DNA from: Candidatus Nealsonbacteria bacterium
GTDB lineage: Bacteria > Patescibacteriota > Minisyncoccia > Minisyncoccales > DAOVPY01
NCBI GenBank assembly: GCA_030628945.1
Contig: DAOVPY010000003.1
Coordinates: forward strand, 1,297 to 65,296
Direction of reading: 5' to 3'
Length of the DNA stretch: 64,000 nucleotides
The notes under the pieces were generated by a model. The model was given only the letters and a program-made list of their open reading frames with translations, did not search any database and had not been told where the DNA came from. Shown here piece after piece: positions 61,124 to 64,000 of the stretch. Each line of letters starts with the position of its first letter. Positions within the stretch are counted from its first letter, which is position 1. Position numbers and translations under genes: made by a program.

Positions 61124-61150
61124 AAAAAGCAGGGGATAGCCCCCTGCTTT
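61124..61150 (-). terminator. Hairpin terminator, copy 2 of the repeated sequence
   Basis: aaaaagcaggggatagccccctgcttt; differs from 56179-56206 by one extra c. Confidence 0.7.
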
Positions 61151-61226
61151 CGCTGCTTTGCTCGCCAAACCGGGACTCGCCGATAAATTCGGATAAATGA
61201 AAAAGGCGGCGCATGGTTGAACCGCC

Positions 61227-61625
61227 CTAATTTCTTGTTTCTTTTTCAATGCGTTCGTGAAATTTAAGCAAAGAATCAAAGATTGTCTTAAGTTTTTTTT
61301 CTCCCTGTTGGTCCAGAGAAATTTTAATATCATCAACTAACGGCCAATAACGGAAAAGAGTAATCTTCCCGTCTATCGGAGCGAAACACACTGGTTCGTC
61401 ACCGTAGTCTGAATCAGCCGGAATTCCATATTCATCAATGTTATGTTGAGGAGTAAGTTTAAAAAAGTTTTTCCTTAAAAGAAATAAAACAAAAGAGTTC
61501 AGCATCTTATTGGCTATATTTTTAATAAAATCCTTGGACTTGGATTCTCTGATTTTTTGCAAGGTTTTGGCGATATGAGATGTCTTATCCCATTCTTCTT
61601 TCCTGAAATCTTCGTTGTTTTTCAT
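61227..61625 (-). CDS. Hypothetical protein (132 aa)
   Basis: A strong SD (ggggagg) lies 5 nt upstream of the ATG. No domain recognised. Confidence 0.5.
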   Translation of the reverse strand: MKNNEDFRKEEWDKTSHIAKTLQKIRESKSKDFIKNIANKMLNSFVLFLLRKNFFKLTPQHNIDEYGIPADSDYGDEPVCFAPIDGKITLFRYWPLVDDIKISLDQQGEKKLKTIFDSLLKFHERIEKETRN

Positions 61626-61810
61626 AATCCTCCCCTTTTTATTGTAAAATTCGCTGATTTTATTTTACAAAATTTTAAAAGAAAAATCAAGTCCCCCCGG
61701 CAGTCGCGACGCTCGCGATTCTGAAAAACTATCGCATTGCCAAAATTCAAAAACTTGACAAAGAATTATTGTATGTTATGCTTATACCACAGTTCTTTCG
61801 CAACAGAATA

Positions 61811-62338
61811 ATGAAAGATAAAATGGAAACCAAACAGCAAGAAATTATTAGAGAAATTTCAGAAGAAAAAATTAAGGATTCTTCAATTATAGCGATGGTT
61901 GTCTTTGGAAGCGCTTCTGTCGGCGCGGAAAGAGAAAATTCAGACGTGGATATTCAAATAATATCTAAAAAAGCGAAAAAATATATTTTTGACCAGAAAG
62001 AAAGACGTTGCGGAATAAAAATAGATTTGGAAATTATACCCGCAAAAGATTTTGAAAGGTGGATAAAGGATTATCCTTATTTATGGTATGACTACCAGAG
62101 AAGATATAAAATAATATTTGACGAACAAGGTATGGTGAAAAAAGCTATGAAATATCTGAAAGATTATTTCAAACGTCATCCAAATGTGGTTAATTTTTGG
62201 GAAGAAAAATTATCCGCTGTGAAAGAAGCAAAAAGAAAGGGGATAAAACAAAAAAATTCTTGTTATAGAGATTTTGACGAGATGGAAATTAAATTTTCCA
62301 AAGAACATAAAGTTACGAGAGATTTTTACAGAGATTAA
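61811..62338 (+). CDS. Nucleotidyltransferase-fold (Pol beta superfamily) protein
   Basis: VVFGSASVGAERENSDVDIQII (GS...DxD). Start uncertain: TTG 61769, ATG 61778, 61811 or 61823. Confidence 0.6.
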   Translation: MKDKMETKQQEIIREISEEKIKDSSIIAMVVFGSASVGAERENSDVDIQIISKKAKKYIFDQKERRCGIKIDLEIIPAKDFERWIKDYPYLWYDYQRRYKIIFDEQGMVKKAMKYLKDYFKRHPNVVNFWEEKLSAVKEAKRKGIKQKNSCYRDFDEMEIKFSKEHKVTRDFYRD

Positions 62339-62409
62339 ATTCATAAAATTTGTAAGCCCTTGACAGATATAAGAGAGTATGTTAAAAAAACAAAAGGAGG
62401 AATTAAAAA

Positions 62410-62679
62410 ATGAATAAAACAAAGGGTATAGAGAAGAAGAAAAAAGTGGAAGAGGCGGTGGTGATAGAACAAATGAAGTTCAGTGAAGCTCTGAGTATGG
62501 TAGATGTCGATAAAAACAAATTAAAGCAAGAACGCTTTCTTGAAGCGGCTACGATTTTATATCTTTCGGATAGTATTAGTGTGGCAGAGTATGACGAGAT
62601 TCTCTCGGCTAAAACTGCTACTGATATAAAAAAGATAATAGATCGTATTGAGAAATCAAAACAGGAAAGGAGAAGTTAG
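62410..62679 (+). CDS. Hypothetical protein (89 aa)
   Basis: Strong SD aaaggagg 8 nt upstream; helical and charged. Confidence 0.5.
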   Translation: MNKTKGIEKKKKVEEAVVIEQMKFSEALSMVDVDKNKLKQERFLEAATILYLSDSISVAEYDEILSAKTATDIKKIIDRIEKSKQERRS

Positions 62680-62682
62680 GAG

Positions 62683-62976
62683 GTGAAAAAGAAAAAAATG
62701 ACACTTATTCTTGACAGAAGCAATCCCAAGATAGCAGTAAAAACCCGCGGGTTTGACCCTATGGTTGGTACTACGATAATTCGTTTCGGAGATTACGATG
62801 TACCGATGAATGACTTTTTATCAGCGGTTCATTATGTTTTGACAAATACTGATCTTCAAACTTCCGACGATGAGCGGCTTCAATTTGTTAAGTGCGTGAA
62901 GTCGATGAAGGTCGTGGATGGATGGAATCAGGGGAGAAAACGTTTAAATACATCCATCGAACCGGTTGTTCGATGA
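62683..62976 (+). CDS. Hypothetical protein (97 aa)
   Basis: GTG start preceded by aggagaag/ggagg; alternative ATG at 62698. No domain recognised. Confidence 0.45.
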   Translation: MKKKKMTLILDRSNPKIAVKTRGFDPMVGTTIIRFGDYDVPMNDFLSAVHYVLTNTDLQTSDDERLQFVKCVKSMKVVDGWNQGRKRLNTSIEPVVR

Positions 62977-63084
62977 AACTAAAAAAGTAAAGGGAGAAGT
63001 CTTTTGATTTTTTCCTTTTTGTTTTTTCTTGTGGTAAATTTTAAGCAGAAATGAAAAATCCCCTAAGGGGATTTTTCATTTCTC

Positions 63085-63405
63085 TTACCAGCGATCTCTT
63101 CGATTTCCGCTGAACCCTCGATTTCCGCGGTCAAATCCGTTTCTTCGAGGACGAGACTCTAAAGGTTTAGCTTCGTTTACCGTAACGTTTCTTCCGTCAA
63201 TTTCTTTGCCATTTAACGTTTCAATCGCTTTTTTGGCTTCTTCTTCGGAAGACATTTCAACGAAACCAAATCCCTTTGAACGGCCGGATATTTTATCGGT
63301 AATCACAGTTGCCGATTCAACGGTTCCGGCCTTAGAAAAGGTCTCTTTTAAAATCTCTTCGGTGGTCTCGTAAGATAATCCACCGACAAACAATTTTTTT
63401 GCCAT
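63085..63405 (-). CDS. RNA-binding protein (RRM/RNP-1 type) with Arg/Gly-rich tail
   Basis: RNP2 LFVGGL and RNP1 KGFGFVEM. Confidence 0.9.
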   Translation of the reverse strand: MAKKLFVGGLSYETTEEILKETFSKAGTVESATVITDKISGRSKGFGFVEMSSEEEAKKAIETLNGKEIDGRNVTVNEAKPLESRPRRNGFDRGNRGFSGNRRDRW

Positions 63406-63480
63406 AATGCGAGCGAAAAGAAAATTATCTCCAGGATTATCATTTTGTAGTAAAAAAATATGCCCAGAGGTATAATTGTT

Positions 63481-63561
63481 CCTTACGCTATTTATTTATG
63501 TGTAAGCCGACCGCTGTTTTTATTCTCTTTCAAAGCTTACATAATTAATAAATACGTAAGG
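63481..63561. repeat. Imperfect 27-nt inverted repeat upstream of the RRM gene
   Basis: ccttacgctatttatttatgtgtaagc ... gcttacataattaataaatacgtaagg. Confidence 0.6.
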
Positions 63562-63660
63562 AAAGTAAAATTAACAGAAACTTACCTTATTACAATAGCT
63601 TACTGCTGACAGAAAGTCAAGAAACCGCGCAAAGGACGATTTTAAAGTCAAATATCAGTT

Positions 63661-64000
63661 TTATTCCTCTCCTTCTGGCTCTGCCCTATGTATTTCTATA
63701 TATCTTTCTTCTTCTAACCCTTCCGTAGGTATCTCTATGGTTCCTTCGGGTGTCTGGTACTTTATTGTTCTGCTCTCCTTTTCTATCTCCTCTATTCTTT
63801 TTCTCTCTTCCATTTCTTTTTCTGACATTTCTTCTTCTGACAAAGCAGGCGCCGGGGAAGTCTTTAGTTCAGTGGCTTGGTAGGTCTTTATTGTAGAAAC
63901 TGAAAGAAAGAGAAAACATTCATTTGGCGTTGTTACTCCAAATTCTTTACATTTATCTTCAAGCGACGAGCAGAGCTCTGGCGGTCCTCCTTTTTCTACG
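63661..64000 (-). CDS. Hypothetical protein, C-terminal part (ORF stays open to the window edge)
   Basis: My own reading of the minus-strand frame finds no stop from 63844 to 64000 (...ELCSSLEDKCKEFGVTTPNEC...SEEEMSEKEMEERKR...). The ORF-track entry 63661..63843 is only its TTG/Met-limited tail. Confidence 0.45.
   Translation of the reverse strand, partial: VEKGGPPELCSSLEDKCKEFGVTTPNECFLFLSVSTIKTYQATELKTSPAPALSEEEMSEKEMEERKRIEEIEKESRTIKYQTPEGTIEIPTEGLEEERYIEIHRAEPEGEE

Noticed and set aside
1-64000. Alternative genetic code (UGA as Gly or Trp, as in Gracilibacteria/SR1 or mycoplasmas).
   Set aside because: TGA terminates well-conserved ORFs at the expected length (for example 826..1926, 34035..34988, rpmE). 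tRNA-Trp has anticodon CCA and RF1 is present. The standard code fits.
1-64000. CRISPR array, transposase, integrase, prophage or rRNA.
   Set aside because: None was seen. The only tandem repeats are short (7-nt x4, 12-nt x4). The dispersed repeats are hairpins without spacer-like periodicity. No recombinase-like ORF is present.

Overview
An AT-rich, tightly packed bacterial fragment that uses the standard genetic code: TGA ends many conserved genes and tRNA-Trp carries a CCA anticodon. The gene content suggests a reduced-genome Patescibacteria/CPR-like (Parcubacteria-type) organism; that placement is inference only. Supporting signs are archaeal-type ApgM and class I aldolase, DUF5667/DUF5674/DUF5320-type ORFs, and many membrane-anchored surface proteins. 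The core content falls into five groups. (1) Glycolysis/gluconeogenesis and redox (5.2-20.4 kb): AhpD-like, trxB, eno, apgM, a Trx-fold protein, glk, grx-like, gap, acs, ppsA, fbp, class I fba and ferredoxin. (2) Translation and replication: a typA fragment, rplY, an N-terminally truncated prfA, rpmE, rpmG (missed by the ORF track), rplU, dnaB, cysS, tsf, rpsB, efp, and four tRNAs (Tyr-GUA, Thr-GGU, Trp-CCA, Thr-UGU). (3) Other housekeeping: an ftsZ with long basic extensions, galU, arcC-argF, a Ca2+ P-type ATPase next to a CaCA exchanger, rmuC and an ABC exporter. (4) A DUF5320/NifX-like/2x MinD-ferredoxin/thioredoxin cluster. (5) Accessory-looking genes: three large surface proteins, a Cys-repeat secreted protein, a PD-(D/E)XK nuclease/ATP-cone endonuclease/HD operon, and a nucleotidyltransferase islet. 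The most unusual observations are these. (a) At 35.0-40.8 kb, an operon of five extremely Glu/Lys-rich coiled-coil proteins surrounds an orphan membrane-anchored TraD/VirD4-like ATPase. (b) A family of small GC-rich palindromic hairpin elements shares stems and apexes. Several copies sit in frame inside conserved genes (ftsZ, eno, acs, both ends of the P-type ATPase, cysS, possibly apgM). (c) Two paralogous surface proteins share an N-terminal TM+AWTEP module but carry unrelated head domains. (d) RF1 lacks domain 1. (e) The tRNA-Tyr 3' part is partially duplicated around a structured 107-nt insert. (f) Many -10 boxes lie only 4-9 nt from start codons and no Shine-Dalgarno sequence was seen upstream of the core gene starts inspected, whereas a few accessory genes have strong SDs. 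No CRISPR array, rRNA, transposase or integrase was seen.
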